A stretch of DNA of 64,000 bases from Eledone cirrhosa. Taxonomy: Eukaryota. The stretch spans positions 68,014,001 through 68,078,000 of the forward strand of contig OZ024746.1 in NCBI GenBank assembly GCA_964016885.1, in the 5' to 3' direction. A program made the position numbers and the translations under genes. This document shows positions 50,608-64,000 of the stretch, piece after piece (the first letter of the stretch is position 1; every line of letters starts with the position of its first letter). Under the pieces are notes generated by a model. It was not told the origin of the DNA, made no database searches, and worked only from the letters and a program-made list of their open reading frames with translations.

Positions 50608-51200
50608 TATCTCTGCTGGAAACAAAGGAACTCTCTCTTCAAAGCTTGTATATGAAATGTGATACTGCATGGTAACATGAGATGGACAGTAAATGCAGAA
50701 GATGTGTTAAGGCTGAAAAGAAATGCAGTGAGTATGCTCTGTTGGGAGTGTACTGTTAGTGCACATTAGCAGTGAGGCACAAGTGAGTTGAGTGAAAAAC
50801 TGAGTATAAGAGGAATCAGATGTAGTTTGGAAAAGAGATTACAATCTTCTCTCTAGTAGAGACATTTAGTAGAGACATTTAATTGTTTCTACTGTTGGCA
50901 CAAGGCCAGCAATTATCCCAGTGCATTACTGGTACTTCATTTTATCGACCCCGTCAGGATGAAAAAGGCAAAATTAACATTAGCAGGATTTGAACTCAGA
51001 TCGTAGAGGGCTCAATGCTGCAAACCCTTTACCAATACTGCCAATCCCCCACCCTAATAGAGACATTTAATGCATATGAATGATAGCAGTTGGAGAAAGA
51101 ATTGCCAGGAGATCCATGTAAAACGGAGCTGTGGAACAGGATGACACGGGTAGAAATGGTGGAAGCTAATTTCAGAATACTGAACATTACAAATGAGATA
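50608..51200 (+). mobile_element. Old RTE 3' fragment split by a younger SINE
   Basis: Homology to LLxTKG...LHG...EKLSIRGIRC before, and HLMHMNDS.W.K.CQEI after, the SINE at 50884-51057 (TSD TAGAGACATTTAAT at 50870-50883 and 51058-51071). Confidence 0.7.
50884..51057 (-). mobile_element. SINE S1 with 14-bp TSD
   Basis: TSD TAGAGACATTTAAT on both sides. Confidence 0.88.
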
Positions 51201-52499
51201 AAAATAAAAAAGTAATACAATAAATGGTGTTGTGTTGGACTGCAAAACAGATGTAGAATGTTGAGAATAATCATTATTCATGTTTTAGACATATATCTAG
51301 GTAGATTTATATAATTTGCTTCAATGTATATCAGTGTTTTGCTCAACAAAAATCTATGATGCTGATAAAAATAACTGATGTCTCCAATTTACCATGATTG
51401 GCTTTGCTTTTTATATCTTACAAATCACATTCCTTTGATATATGTTATCATATAGAGACATGTTTGGTTTCAGTTTGACTAATTTTGTTCCAAGCTAGCA
51501 TTAAAAAAATATATTTCTCTATTTTGTTGTTTAGGTGTTGAAATTCTTCAAAAGCCTTTGATCTAATTTTGCTAATTTATTTATGGTATAATAGGAATAA
51601 AATATTCTTCTTTTCTGATGTCATTAGGATATACGAATATAACTAGTTAACATGATGGTTTGTAAAGAAACGCATGTTATTATCTATATTTTGCTCAAAT
51701 TAAAGGAAACCTTAATTCATACTTTGATCTTTATCCAGGATCTTTAATAATCCATTCGTATTTAAAATGTATTTAAAGTGGTGTGTTACTATAAGTTCCC
51801 ATGAAAAGGCTAGGTCAATCTAAAATCTTAATGATATATTTATAGCATGTTAGTTAGAAATGAAAATAATCCAAATCAACACTGTAGTATATTAAGTTAT
51901 GCCAGCAGACATATTTTCTGATATTTATTAGATCAACATTTTGTTCTTTCAAATTCATTGAATCAATAATTTGTTCTTTCATATTTTTGGTGGTAGACTT
52001 AATCCATTTCCCAATTTAACACCATTCCTCTGATGTCTCTAGCAAAATCCAATCTGTTGCAAGAATTCAGACCAGATCTCCAATTTGAAGATACCATTTT
52101 GCCTACCACCGGTCTAGGAGGTCCTAGAAAGGGTCGGGTCACAAACACTGACCCAATATTATCTAATGTATCATTTACTTCTTTAAGAGAGTAGTAATGC
52201 AATTTTGGAAATATTTAGCTCCTATTTCCAACATGTCAAGCAACCACACAGAGGCTTCCTGCACTGCTTCTGTAAACCAAATTTTACTGAAAGGCTATTG
52301 ATAAACCTAAGGTTATAGTAGAAGTCACATGGGTATGGTGTAACACAGTGGGATTGAACCAGTAACCACATAGCAGCAAACCACACCGCCATGTCTGAAC
52401 CTATATATTATAAATGAATGATGATGTAAGTTTGATAGATTTAATAGAGAAGAATGAAATGTAAGGGATTATGAAGGGAAAATATTTAGAGTACTCTAT

Positions 52500-55400
52500 C
52501 TATCTAGAGCGGGTAAAATTCCCGAGATCAATGGACGAGTTCTCTCCAGCAGTCTCTGTCCTTCATTATCACTGCCATGTCCTGCGTCTCCAACAGACCA
52601 GTCTCTGTCCTTAGGGCATCAACATATGTTAACCTTGGTCTTCCTCTTCCAGTGTGTCCATGCACAAGAGCACTGAGTGGAGTGTCAACTCTGGATGTCG
52701 GTGAGCATGTCCAGCTAACCTCAGTCTCCTCTGTCACTTTTCAGCTGACTTTTGGGTGGCTCCCGTACAGCTCTGAGTTTTTCATCCTCAGTGTATACCG
52801 ATTAATGTTCAGAGCCATCCTCAGCATTCTCATGTAGCACCCATCCACCATCTGCGTGAGTTTCTTGGTCAGTGTCCAAGTCTCAGACCCGTACAGCAGC
52901 ACAGACTCCACTACAGCAATGAAGGTCTTTACGAAGGTCTGACTTCCACACCAATCTCAAGCTATGGTATGCCGCCCAGGCTTTGCTCTACCTCTCGAAC
53001 ACATCATCTTCTATATTCCCAATCTTTGCTCCCAAATACAGGAAGTCCTCAAACAATTCTAGCGGCTTCCCACCTACATTAGTAATCTCCTCTGGCTTCT
53101 CAACATTCTCTACCAGATATTTTGTCTTAATCTCATTCATTCTCAGCCCTATAATCATCGACACAGTCTCAACCTCCTGCATCAAATCCTCTGCCTCCTA
53201 CACTGTGTTTGTCACCAAAACTATGTCATCAGTAAATTCAGCATCTGATATCTTTTTCGCCTTAACTCTCCTGCTCTGCTCTGGTGTTATAGTAAAGCCA
53301 GAGTCCTTGTGTTTCTCCAGTGCAAGATGCATACAATAGTCCACTACGATGATAAAAAGGTAGGGAGACAATGTATCTCCCTGGAGCACTCCAGCCAGTA
53401 TCTCAAAGAACTCTGTCATCCCATCAGGTGTAATGACTTGGGCTTTGGTGTTGGTGTAGAGCAGTGATATCAGGTCCACTATCTGCTTGGAGATTCCATA
53501 AGCCTGTAAGATCTTCATCAAAGGCCTTCCTAAAGTCAATGAAAACCATGACCGTAGGAAGGCACTTTGCTCTAGCTCCCTCTAATATCCTCCTCAGCAT
53601 CAGGATGTGACTGATGGTTGATCTTCCCTCTCTGAAGCCATTCTGGTTGTCCCTGAGCTTCTTCTCCATCTCGGGCTGGATCCTGTTAAGAATCATCTTG
53701 TTGAGGGTCTTTGCCACAAGTGACGTCAGTGAGATCCCCCTGCAGTTGTTGGTGTTAGAGAGATCTCCCTTCTTTGGCACTGGGACGATGTTACTGATCC
53801 TCCACTGATTCGGGGCAACTCCTTTCTCCAGTGCCTGGTTACAGAACCCCAGGATGATATCATCAAAATCACACCTCTTCATCACCTCTGATGCCACTCC
53901 ATCTTCTCCATGAGCCTTGCCCTCCTTGATCTTCTTGGCCCTCTGAAGCTCCTCTCTGGTGAAGGGCTCTGTCTTAATATCCAGTTCTTCAAACAGCCAC
54001 CTGATCTCCCCAGTGTTCTGGGCTGTGGAGGGCGGCTCCCCTAGTAGGTTCCTAAAATGGTCTAGCCATTTCCCCTTCCTATCCTCGGGCCCTGTTTCCT
54101 GGATCTGACTCAAACACCTTCTCTTCCTCCCTGTGATCTCGTTGTTGATCATCCAGCTCTCCTTACATCCAGACCTGCCAACCACTCTCTCCACACTTCT
54201 GATCTTCTCTATCAGTGCTTCCTCTCTGGCCTCAGTGTAAGTGGTACAGAGTACTTTCTTCATCACTTCCACATTCTCCTTCCTCTCCACCGTAGGATCA
54301 GCATACAATTGGTCTTTGGCAGCTTTCAGGTGTTCTCTGGCTGCACACACTTTTGGGTCTGCAGAGCTGATGTGCTTCCTTTTGTTCTTTCTTCTTGGCA
54401 CCAGGGTCTCACTTGCTTCCGCCACTACATTGGTGAAGTACCCGTACCTCCTCGTCACACTCTCCTCAGTCCATCCAATCTCTCTCTCCTCTGTGTCTCC
54501 CCACAGAGCACTGAACCTGTTCCTCACTTCCACTGTGAACCTCTCCTGTAGCTTATCATCTTGCTTGAAAGCTCCCCAGTCATAGATTGCTCTCCAGGTC
54601 GGAGCCTTGCTCTTTCTTAAGCTCACCCGGATCTCACTCATAACAAGCCGGTGGTCTCTACCCAGTGTACTGAAATAGTTGTATGGTTCTGTGTTCAGAA
54701 CACTATTCCACCACTTTTTCCTCACAAGAATGAAATCAATCTGGGACTTGGACAGGTGCATATCTGAGATGTAGGTCCACATCTTCCCCGGATTCTTCCT
54801 AAACCTTAGGCTGGTCGCTATCAAGTTCGCCTCCAGCAGGGTGTCTCTCAGTAGTCTTCCATTTCGGCTGGTGTTGTTATGGAAGTACCAGCAAGGATCT
54901 TCACTGCCCTCCTTACTCAGATGTGCATTGAAGTCCCCCAGAACAAGCAGGATGTTGTGTGCTTGTGTGGTGTTGACAGCTCTACACACCTCCTCATAGA
55001 ACTCTTCCGCACTCACATCACTGTCTCTCTCGGTTGGAGTATAGGCTGAGATGACTGTCAGTCTTGGGTTTCCATTGAAGGCCACCCTCAACACTTGCGG
55101 GGAGACGGGCATTATTTCCCTCACCAATAGACTGGTTTTTGTGTTGAAAACAAAACCCTCTCCTCCTACTGTAACATTGGTCATGTTCTTCACTGACGAT
55201 GTGGTGATGAGCTGGTTCATCTTCCCAATCATTACACTCCTCACGGGCTTATCGTGTAGGATCCTGTGTTCTTGGATCGCAAGTATCTGTATGCCACTCT
55301 CCTCGAACAGGTGACCCAACTCCTCTCTCTTCTCCAGTGTCCGAATAGTCCTCACATTCAAAGTGCCCATTTTGATGGCTCTTCTGCAGGACTGCATTCT

Positions 55401-55760
55401 TTATATTTGTCTCAGAGACAGCTGATCCATCATCCACTGGCCCTCCCTGTGGCTCTAAGCCAGCAGAGTCATAACGACCAGACTGCTCAATGACAGTGTA
55501 GTTAGGGGCTCTAACCTTAGTGCTGTTAGATCGACTCTCCATATTTCTTTTCAATGGCTGACAATACCTTACCGGCGCCACTCGAATAAGGTAATTATTT
55601 TACCCATAAATGGGGCCTTAACAGGTACTACTACTCCGGGCCAGAGCAGACCTGGGAGTTATAACCACTAAGGGGTAACTCCACATTCCCCACAGCTCTG
55701 AACTACTGAACTGGAGCCTTGCCATTAGATGTAGTTTAATGTCATACCCAGGACACTCTT
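52500..55760 (-). mobile_element. Near-full-length, inactivated APE-RT LINE (RTE group) including 5' UTR
   Basis: APE motifs GTLNVRT, IQEHR, LGDFNAH, SQIDFIL, DHRLV; RT motifs RGISL, QNGFR, FIDFRKAFD, GVLQGDTLSPYLF, FTDD (for FADD), FLYLG, LLYGSETW, GRGRP; several frameshifts/deletions; ~200-bp candidate leader at 55560-55760. Confidence 0.88.
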
Positions 55761-56884
55761 TATAATTCTATAGTGTGACAGTATTGTATTCTATAAAAAC
55801 TATTCTCTTCTAATTGACATTCTAAAATAGCTTCATAAGATAAATTAAAATATTTACTTGTAAATCTTTTATATTTTCCACTTCATAATTTTCTCTCCTC
55901 GATCTTTAGCTGTCTCTCATTCTTTTTTTTCAACAACTTTTTATTCAATATAATTTTATTTTCTAGATCTCTTATTGCTAGTTCTTCCACTCCATTCTGT
56001 ATCTTTATTTTTAATACAAGGTGACAGAATATACATGATGGATTATTCATAGCAAAAGCAACAGTTTATTTTAACAAGATCTCTTCCTAAGCACACAGGC
56101 ACATATGCTGTAGACAATCTGGTGCCATGCTTAGATATTTAAGCTGCAGTCCAAAAATATACAGTTATTCAGCCTAACACTTGTGTGTCTATTAATAAAG
56201 TTATTTTAAGCAAATCAATTGATTTATCCTTCTTCACTACTTGCAAGCAATTCAAGAAGCTGAAAGAACCATCATTAAAGATGGGACTATTGATAAGGAC
56301 TTAACAATGATAAAACAGTAACTCTACTGCAAAATATTGTTAACAAACAAACATAGATGGGCCACTTCCATTGATAAGTAATTGCAAATAGACAATTTAT
56401 TTAATCTAATGGAGTTGCTCTCCTTTTCCAATAATATTGATATGCTCTTTTCTAATTAATTAATTGATACTACTTCTAGTGGCTCAATCATATTCTTGCT
56501 GTTGGAAAAATCTAGCTATTACTACTATTCTCTCTCTCAGCTGCAGAGAAAGAGATGATGTGGTTATATTCTATCAATGAATAAAGAGGGAATGATAGAA
56601 TAATTGTTCCCATTGTTGTTTAGTTCTAGGCCAACACAGCTGAACTATGATCAAAAGTATTCCAGCTGTGACCATCTCTTCTATGGTGGTTCTATGTGAG
56701 TGCTATTATGCTAAGCCTACTACTCCAATAGTGAAGGCATCTACACTGCTTCTATCTACAAAATTTCATTGACAAACCAATGATTAGCCCAAGGCTATAG
56801 AAGACATTTATACTTTATCTGGTTCCATATAGTGGGATTAAACCTGAAACCACATAGTTGTGAACCACATATCCATATTTGCAC

Positions 56885-57195
56885 CAAATGGTTAAGCTTT
56901 TTGGCTCATAGTTGTGAGGTAGTGATTTCAATTCTCAGATCAGGCAGCACATAGTGTCCTTGAGCAAGATACTTTATTTCATATTGCCCCAGTCGACTTA
57001 GCTGGCAAAAATGAGTTGCACTTGTAATTCAAGGGGCCAGCCTTGTGACACACTGTGTCATGTTGAATCTCTCTGAGAACTACATTAAGAGTGCACATGT
57101 CTGAGGAATGCTCAGCCACTTACACAATTCCATGACCAGGCAGTTCCATTGAGTGAATCAAATAGAGCGCTCATCATCAGAAATGATGGAGGTCC
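56885..57195 (+). mobile_element. tRNA/CORE-type SINE, different 3' body
   Basis: Decayed A/B boxes, TCCTTGAGCAAGATACTTTATTTCA core; head-only relatives at ~1300-1410 (+) and ~37150-37250 (-). Confidence 0.7.
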
Positions 57196-58213
57196 TCTGT
57201 TACTATGACATATGTATAGATGTACAAACCTTTGGCTATTTCTGTACATAATACATCTTCAATGTGACTTCATCTTTGTTTCTGGCTCTGTATTATTAGA
57301 TTATTAGATTGGAAACAGATTATTTTGGGAGACTGCAAAAACAGAATTATTACAAATAAAATTTGCTATGAGCTTCATAGAGAATGTAGTAAAACTTAGA
57401 TGCAGAAAAAAACTGTAAATACAGCTGGTTGCTATAAATATTTTAGGAAATCAGATAAAAACCCCTTATAGACAAGAAAACAATGCCAGCAGCATTGTTT
57501 TAAGAGAGTAGAATGTAATTTGAGAGCAATTTGGCTGCTATTTTTTGTGAAGCAATCAATTACTTATTAGCTAGACGTTCCTCAATAAATTGAAATTAAT
57601 GATATCAAGATTTCACAACACTAACATCAATCCTCCATAGTACAGCCTATGAACCTTTTATGTAAGAAAATTTGTTAAGTTTTGTTTCAAACACCAGATA
57701 ATAATGACAAAGTTAGTTATATAACTAAATCTCTCAAAATTCCTTATTGTTTTCAAAATGACTTCAACATTTTAGGCAGTGTGTTTCATTAAAAATATGG
57801 TAATGAAATGGTTAAATCTTAAAGATCAACTGCAAATTGTTGATTTTTCAGCTTGCTATAATGTAAATCAATAGTGTAGCTATTTTATCAAATATATTAT
57901 TATCTCATTTATTTAACTATTTTTATCTTATTATCTATTCTATGTTGCCTATATTTTTCGCAGTATTTCATCGAATGAGCATATCTGACAGATTTTATTT
58001 TTTATTTTAAAGACAAACAAATAACAAGGCTTGGTCAGCCACTTTTTCTTTGCACCAGTTGCCATCAAGACCTCAGGCTCTGACCTAGGTGTAGAGTCTG
58101 TAACCCTCTCCACTTTCCCTTTTCTTTCTTCCTTTGTCTAATAGTCCTTGCACTTTACCTTCTTTTCCACTCATTTAGGGCATTTATAGTCCATGTGTGT
58201 GTTCATGTCTGTA

Positions 58214-58430
58214 TTAACCCTTTAGCATTTACATTAATCTATATTTACTATTATATTTTCATGTAAAGGCTTTATCTCACATGATATCAAATCTATGAGA
58301 TTTTGATATTATTTATTTTGAGAACAATACTTTAACATAAGTCTGAGCAGCCGGTTACAGCCAGTTTGAACAGAAAGAGGTGAGAGAATCGTGGCTGGAT
58401 ACAGCTGGTTTCAATGCTGAAGGGTCTTAA
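58214..58430 (-). mobile_element. piggyBac-type MITE, same family
   Basis: TTAACCCTTTAGCATTTA ... CAATGCTGAAGGGTCTTAA. Confidence 0.8.
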
Positions 58431-58879
58431 CAATTTTTTTACCTCTACCACCACTGCCACCCCCACCACCATCATCATAATCCTCACTACTATTTAATGT
58501 CTACTATCGATGATGATAATTGTGTCACTTCAATCTTCAGTAATGATTTAGAATTTCCTTCAAAGACTTACAAAGAGCTTTAAAAGTAAAATTGCAAATA
58601 ACTAAATACAAATCTTAGTGATCAGTGGAAACACGAAACTTGAAGTAAGACTGTTAGAGTTTTTTCAGATTCTAATAGTAAAATAATATTTATACTATAC
58701 TGAATGTACTAAGTTCTTTTTCTCTCATTTCTAAACTGAACGCTATACCCACACCACTCTCTCTATATGTATGTATGTATGTATGTATATGCTGACATAT
58801 ACATGTACATATATATTTGTAGATACATACATATACATACACACACAGAAACAACACACATATATATGTCCTTATATAT

Positions 58880-60525
58880 ATCATCATCCTCATCATCATT
58901 TTACGTTTGCTTTTCCCTGCTTGCAAGGGTGGGAGGGTCCTATTCAGCACAGCATCTCTCCACTTGTCACGGTCCTTCGTCATCTCCTCGGTGAGTTTCA
59001 GCGATCTGAGGTCTGCTCTCACCACCTCCACCCATATTTTTCGTGGTCTACCTCTACTGCATCTTCCTTCTACTGGGATTTCTTGGCACTTCTTTACCCA
59101 GCTGTCATCCTTCACGCGCATCACATGTCCATACCATCTCAGTCTTCTCTCCTACACTCCACAACTTATCTCTCTTATACCCAGTTTCTTTCTCAACTCG
59201 TCTATGCTTGGTCGTTCATGCACATTGACATTGCACATCCAACGGAGCATGCTTGCTTCATTTCTCTCCAGCCGTTGCATATCTTCTGCAGTTGCTGCCT
59301 ATGTCTCACTACCATGCAACATCGTGCATGTCACACAGGCATCATATAACCGTCCTTTTGTATGCAGGGAGCAACCCTTCTTTGTCAACAGAGGAAGCAG
59401 CTCCCTAAATTTTTTCTAGTCCGTCCTTATTCTAGATACTATGGCCTCAGAACACCCCCCTCCCATGCTAATCTGATCACCTAGGTACCGGAAGATAACA
59501 ACCACTTCTAATGAACCCACCTGCATTAGAAAAATGTGTCTATCACTACGATTACTACTTCCAACTTTCCCTGTACATCTACTGCATACATAGTTTTCCC
59601 TACCTGTTAGTTTGCCTGCTATCCCACTACATTTCTTGTGTACCCAAGGTCTGCATTGCGTACATTTTATGGAATTTATGCCAGTTCCTTTCCTACATAT
59701 TGAACATGGCCATTTCCCTGATGGAATCAGAGTATTGTTCACTCTTCTACTTATCAAAACTTTGTCTTAGCTATGTTCACTCCTCTTGCTTCCAACTGCT
59801 GTTTCCATAGCCAGAGTTTGTTCTCTAGCTCCTCTACTGATTCTGCTATAAGAACCAGATCATCAGCATAGAGAAGTTCCCATGGGCATCCAGTCTTAAA
59901 CTCCTCTGTTATGGCTTGGAGGATTATAATGACAAGAGCGAGCTGAGGACCGAACCCTGATGTACACCTACTTGTATCTGGAATTCCTCACTAAACTCTA
60001 TTCCTACTCTCACTTTACTGTCCTCACAAGCCATTCCTCTACACCTAGTTTCCTTAGGGACCACCAGATGACAGATCGGGGTACCCTATCAAAGGCCTTC
60101 TCTAGGTCAACAAAAGCTAAGTATAGTGGCTATTCTTTTCTAAGAACCTCTATTGTAGTTGCTTCACTAAGGAGAGGGCATCTTTTGTACTTTTCCGAGG
60201 CACAAAACCAAACTGCATCTCATTTAATTTGACCCATTCTCTAATTAGTTGTGCTAATATTCTCTCTGCCACTTTCATAACCTGATCCATCAGTTTTATG
60301 CCCCTATAATTGTTCCTCTCCAGAGCATCCCCTTTACCTTTGTAGCAATTTATGAGAATACTGCTGCACTAGTCTTTGGGTAAGACATGACCATATATAG
60401 CCTGATTGATGATGCGGGCAACCAGTTTAGTACCTACTTCTCCTGATGACTTCAGCATCTCAGCAACTATCCCCGATTGTCCAGCAGCCTTACCATTCTT
60501 CATTTCCTTAATTGCCTCTTGTACC
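58880..60525 (-). mobile_element. RTE family A, 5'-truncated and decayed (RT to 3' tail)
   Basis: Frameshifted RT, KWPCSICRKG..CTQC..WVHKKC PHD finger, GRPRKIW, (GAT)n tail; flanked by TA tracts. Confidence 0.92.
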
Positions 60526-60540
60526 TATATATATATATAT

Positions 60541-63082
60541 ACCTTGGGGTACATGGTGGGCACGGTTACGGTTCAAGAAATGAAGAAGGAGTGAGACTTC
60601 TTGAATTTTGGTGAGCACATAAGCCAGATTGACTTCCTACTAGTTAGGCAGCGGGACAGGCAGATAGTGTCTAATACCAACGCATACCCTAGGGAAGAAT
60701 GTACCCCACAGCATAGGTTAGTTGTTAGTGATATCTCAGTAAGCAAGAGATGGAATGAGACATATAGGAAGGTGTGGAGAAGAAAGGTCTGGAAGCTAAA
60801 AGACCTTTCACTAAAAACCAAATTTAGGAAAGCCCTTCAAGATGTATATGACGAAAAAGAAGATGATTTAGAGACGTATGACATAGATAATAACTGGAAT
60901 TTCTTATGTGACAACTTGCTGCAGGCTACCGATGAAACTTGTGGCTGGAGCAGAGCTCCAACCAGACAGAGAGTGACCTGGTGGTGGAACAGCACAGTAG
61001 ATAAGGCTATTAGAGACAAAAGACTAGCATGGAAGGCTTGGAAAAAGGGTGGGAGTAGGGAAAAATATACAGCCACTAAGAGAGAAGTTAGACGTCAGGT
61101 GTACTTAGCACGCAGGGAGGCAGAGAGTAGGAGGTTTGCCAATGTTCTGCGACGGGAAGATCAGAGGCGTACAGTGTTCCACATTGCAAGACAGTGTGTC
61201 AATGCAAATCAGGATGTTGTTGGAGATCAATGTGTCCGGGATGATGCCGGTGTACTTAGTGTCATGAATGATCAGAAAAAAGGAGGCCTGGAAATGTCAT
61301 TGTGAGAGACTGATGAATGTGGAAAACGAATGGGAGAGAGAGAATTACCCTTGGTAGATCCGACAGAGGGACCAGCTATTGAGATTGACGAATATAGGGT
61401 CCAAGAGGCGATTAGGGAAATGAAAAATGGTAAGGCTGCCGAACCATCGGGAATAGCTGCTGAGATGCTGAAGGCATCAGGGGACGTAGGCACTAAACTG
61501 GTTGCACACATCATCAATCAGGCTATATATGGTGGTGTCATACCCAAAGACTGGTGCAGCAGTATTCTCATAAATTGCTACAAGGGTAAAGGGGATGCTT
61601 TGGAGAGGATCAATTATAGGGGTATAAAACTGATAGATCAGGTTATGAAAGTGGCAGAAAGGATTTTAGCACAACTAATTAGAGAAAGGGTCAAACTAGA
61701 TGAGATGCAGTTTGGTTTTGTGCCTGGGAAGAGTACAACAGATGCCCTCTTCTTGGTGAGACAATTGCAAGAGAGGTTCTTAGAGAAGAATAAGCCACTA
61801 TACTTAGCCTTTGTTGACCTAGAGAAGGCCTTTGATAGGGTACCCCGATCTGTCATCTGGTGGTCCCTAAGGAAGCTAGGTGTTGAGGAATGGCTTGTGA
61901 GGACAGTGCAAACTTTGTACAGAGGTACTCTCAGTAAAGTCAGGGTAGGAATGGAGTTTAGTGAGGAATTCCAGATACAAGTAGGAGTACATCAGGGTTC
62001 GGTTCTCAGCCCGCTCTTGTTCATTATAGTCCTCCAAGCCATAACAGAGGAGTTTAAGACTGGCTGTCCATGGGAACTTCTCTATGCTGACGATCTGGTT
62101 CTTATAGCAGAATCAGTAGAGGAGCTAGAGAATGAATTCTGGCTATGGAAACAGCAGTTGGAAGCAAGAGGACTGAGAGTGAATCTAGCTAAGACAAAAG
62201 TGTTGATGAGTAGAAAAGAGGACAAAACCCTGATTCCGTCAGGGAAATGGCCATGTGTGATATGCAGAAAAGGAACTGGCATAAATTCTATAAAATGCAC
62301 ACAATGCAGATCCTGGGTACACAAGAGATGTAGCGGGATAGCAGGCAAATTAACAGGTAGGGAGAAATATGTATGCAGTAGATGTATAGGGAAATTAGAG
62401 AGTAGAAGTCGCATAGATAGACACATTTTTCAAATGCAGGAGGGCGCTATAGAAGTGGTGGATAGCTTCCGGTACCTAGATCAGATTAGCATGGGAGGAG
62501 GGTGTTCCGAGGCCATAGTATCTAGAATAAGGACGGGTTGGAAGAAGTTTAGGGAGCTGCTTCCTCTGTTGACGAAGAAGGGTTTCTCCCTGCGTACGAA
62601 AGGCCGGTTGTTTGATGCCTGTGTGAGGAGCGCGATGCTGCATGGTAGTGAGTTATGGGCAGCAACTGCAGAGGATATGTGACGGCTGGAGAGAAATGAG
62701 GCAAGCATGCTCCGTTGGATGTGCAGTGTAAATGTGCGTGAACGACCCAGCATAAATGTGTTGAGAGAGAAACTGTGTCTGAGAGGGATAGAATGTAGGG
62801 TACGGGAGAGGAGACTGAGGTGGTATGGACATGTGATGTGCATGGAGGATGACCGATGGGTGAAGAAGTGCCAGGAATTGCCTGTTGAAGGAAGACGTGG
62901 TAGAGGTAGACCACGAAAAACATGGGCGGAGGTGGTGAGAACAGACCTCAGATCATTGAAGCTCATGGTGGAGATGACGAGGGACCGTGACGAGTGGAGA
63001 GATGCTGTGCTGAATAAGACCTGTCCCACCCTTGCAAGCAGGGAAAAGCGGACGTAAAAGGATGATGATGATGATGATGATG
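60541..63082 (+). mobile_element. RTE family A, 5'-truncated ORF2 pseudogene (partial APE, RT, PHD finger)
   Basis: GVHGGHGYGSRNEEG..LLEF / SQIDFLL (internal APE deletion), frameshift near 61280, RT motifs FVDLEKAFD, GVHQG, YADD, premature TGA 62680-62682; (GAT)n tail then (TA)n. Confidence 0.95.
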
Positions 63083-63440
63083 ATATATATATATATATAT
63101 ATATATATGAGGGCAGAGAGAGATGAGGAGAGGAAGGAATTTTTTAATCAAGATATCAAAGGAAAGAAATACCTAACTCTTGCTGAAGTAAATTTGTTAC
63201 AATTGTTCAGTTTTACTGCTATCATTCTTATGAACTAATACTAATTATCCATAAATTTTGCCACCATAATAACTAGACACAGACATTATGATTAATATAT
63301 TTTTATGTTTTTTTTGTTTCAAATGCGTTTTTTATTTTATTTTTTCAGCTTGATGGAAGATTATATCAACAAAATATATTGCAGCTAGGTTTATTTTCTT
63401 TGCTTATAAATACAAATTGTTAAAAGTTAAGATATATAAT

Positions 63441-63628
63441 TCTTCCTATGTTAGGCACAAGGCCAGCAATTACCCTGTGCATTACTGGTACTTTATTTTA
63501 TCGACGCCATAAGGATGAAAGGCAAAGTTAACCTCGGCGGGATTTGAACTCAGAATGGCAAGGGCCGTAACTCTATACGTCAAAGCATGGCGTCCGACCC
63601 TCTACCGATACTGCCAATCCACCACCCC
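63441..63628 (-). mobile_element. SINE S1 with 16-bp TSD
   Basis: TSD AGTTAAGATATATAAT at 63425-63440 and 63629-63644. Confidence 0.9.
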
Positions 63629-64000
63629 AGTTAAGATATATAATAAAGAATAATATATCTTGCTGTGTTGCTAATTTTTATCAGGTTTACTCTTTAGCTG
63701 TCCACTTTTTGTTAAATCTATTTACTTCAAGAAAATACATGGCATTTATTATCATACTGTTTAAGGTTTCAATTTAAAATTAAGCATAAAATGTCAGTTA
63801 AATTTGTTTTTAAAATATATATGTCAATATATAATATTGCTCTTAATGACGTGTCAAGATTAGTCTTTACTACTCCCTTCTACACTTAATTTAGTTGACA
63901 TAATCATCATTTTTGTTTATTTTTTCATGTTTGAATGGCTAGACCACTCAAATACACCATCTCCCTACTTGTTACATTCCTTTGTTTTCTCTATAACGAT

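Noticed and set aside
51999-52202. GC-richer 67-aa ORF as a host exon
   Set aside because: No WW/PDZ/FERM similarity in the frames I read; unsupported.

Overview
AT-rich, repeat-dominated eukaryotic DNA; the SINE/RTE repertoire looks like an octopus (coleoid cephalopod) genome, which is an inference. Only one host coding exon is recognisable: a 161-bp minus-strand exon (28694-28854) encoding the end of a WW domain and the first half of a PDZ domain of an FRMPD4-like gene, so most of the window is probably large introns. The rest is retroelement debris: many RTE-clade LINE copies (two families with a PHD finger inside the RT region, one with a SINE-like 3' UTR), a decayed near-full-length APE-RT LINE, an L1/Tx1-type 3' fragment, CRE and CR1 fragments, tRNA-derived SINEs, TTAA (piggyBac-type) MITEs and microsatellites. 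The most notable structure is a non-coding 2.2-kb near-perfect palindrome (18179-20395) whose two outer ends each carry an apparently intact type I minimal hammerhead ribozyme. Three further fold-back elements of apparently different sequence (20938-21039, 21199-22228, 49678-49918) share its layout, (TA)n - one-sided extension - arm - spacer - inverted arm - (TA)n, and carry decayed hammerhead motifs. I interpret them as non-autonomous Penelope-like, ribozyme-capped fold-back retroelements that insert into TA microsatellites. All alignments and RNA folds were done by eye, and boundaries of decayed repeats are approximate.
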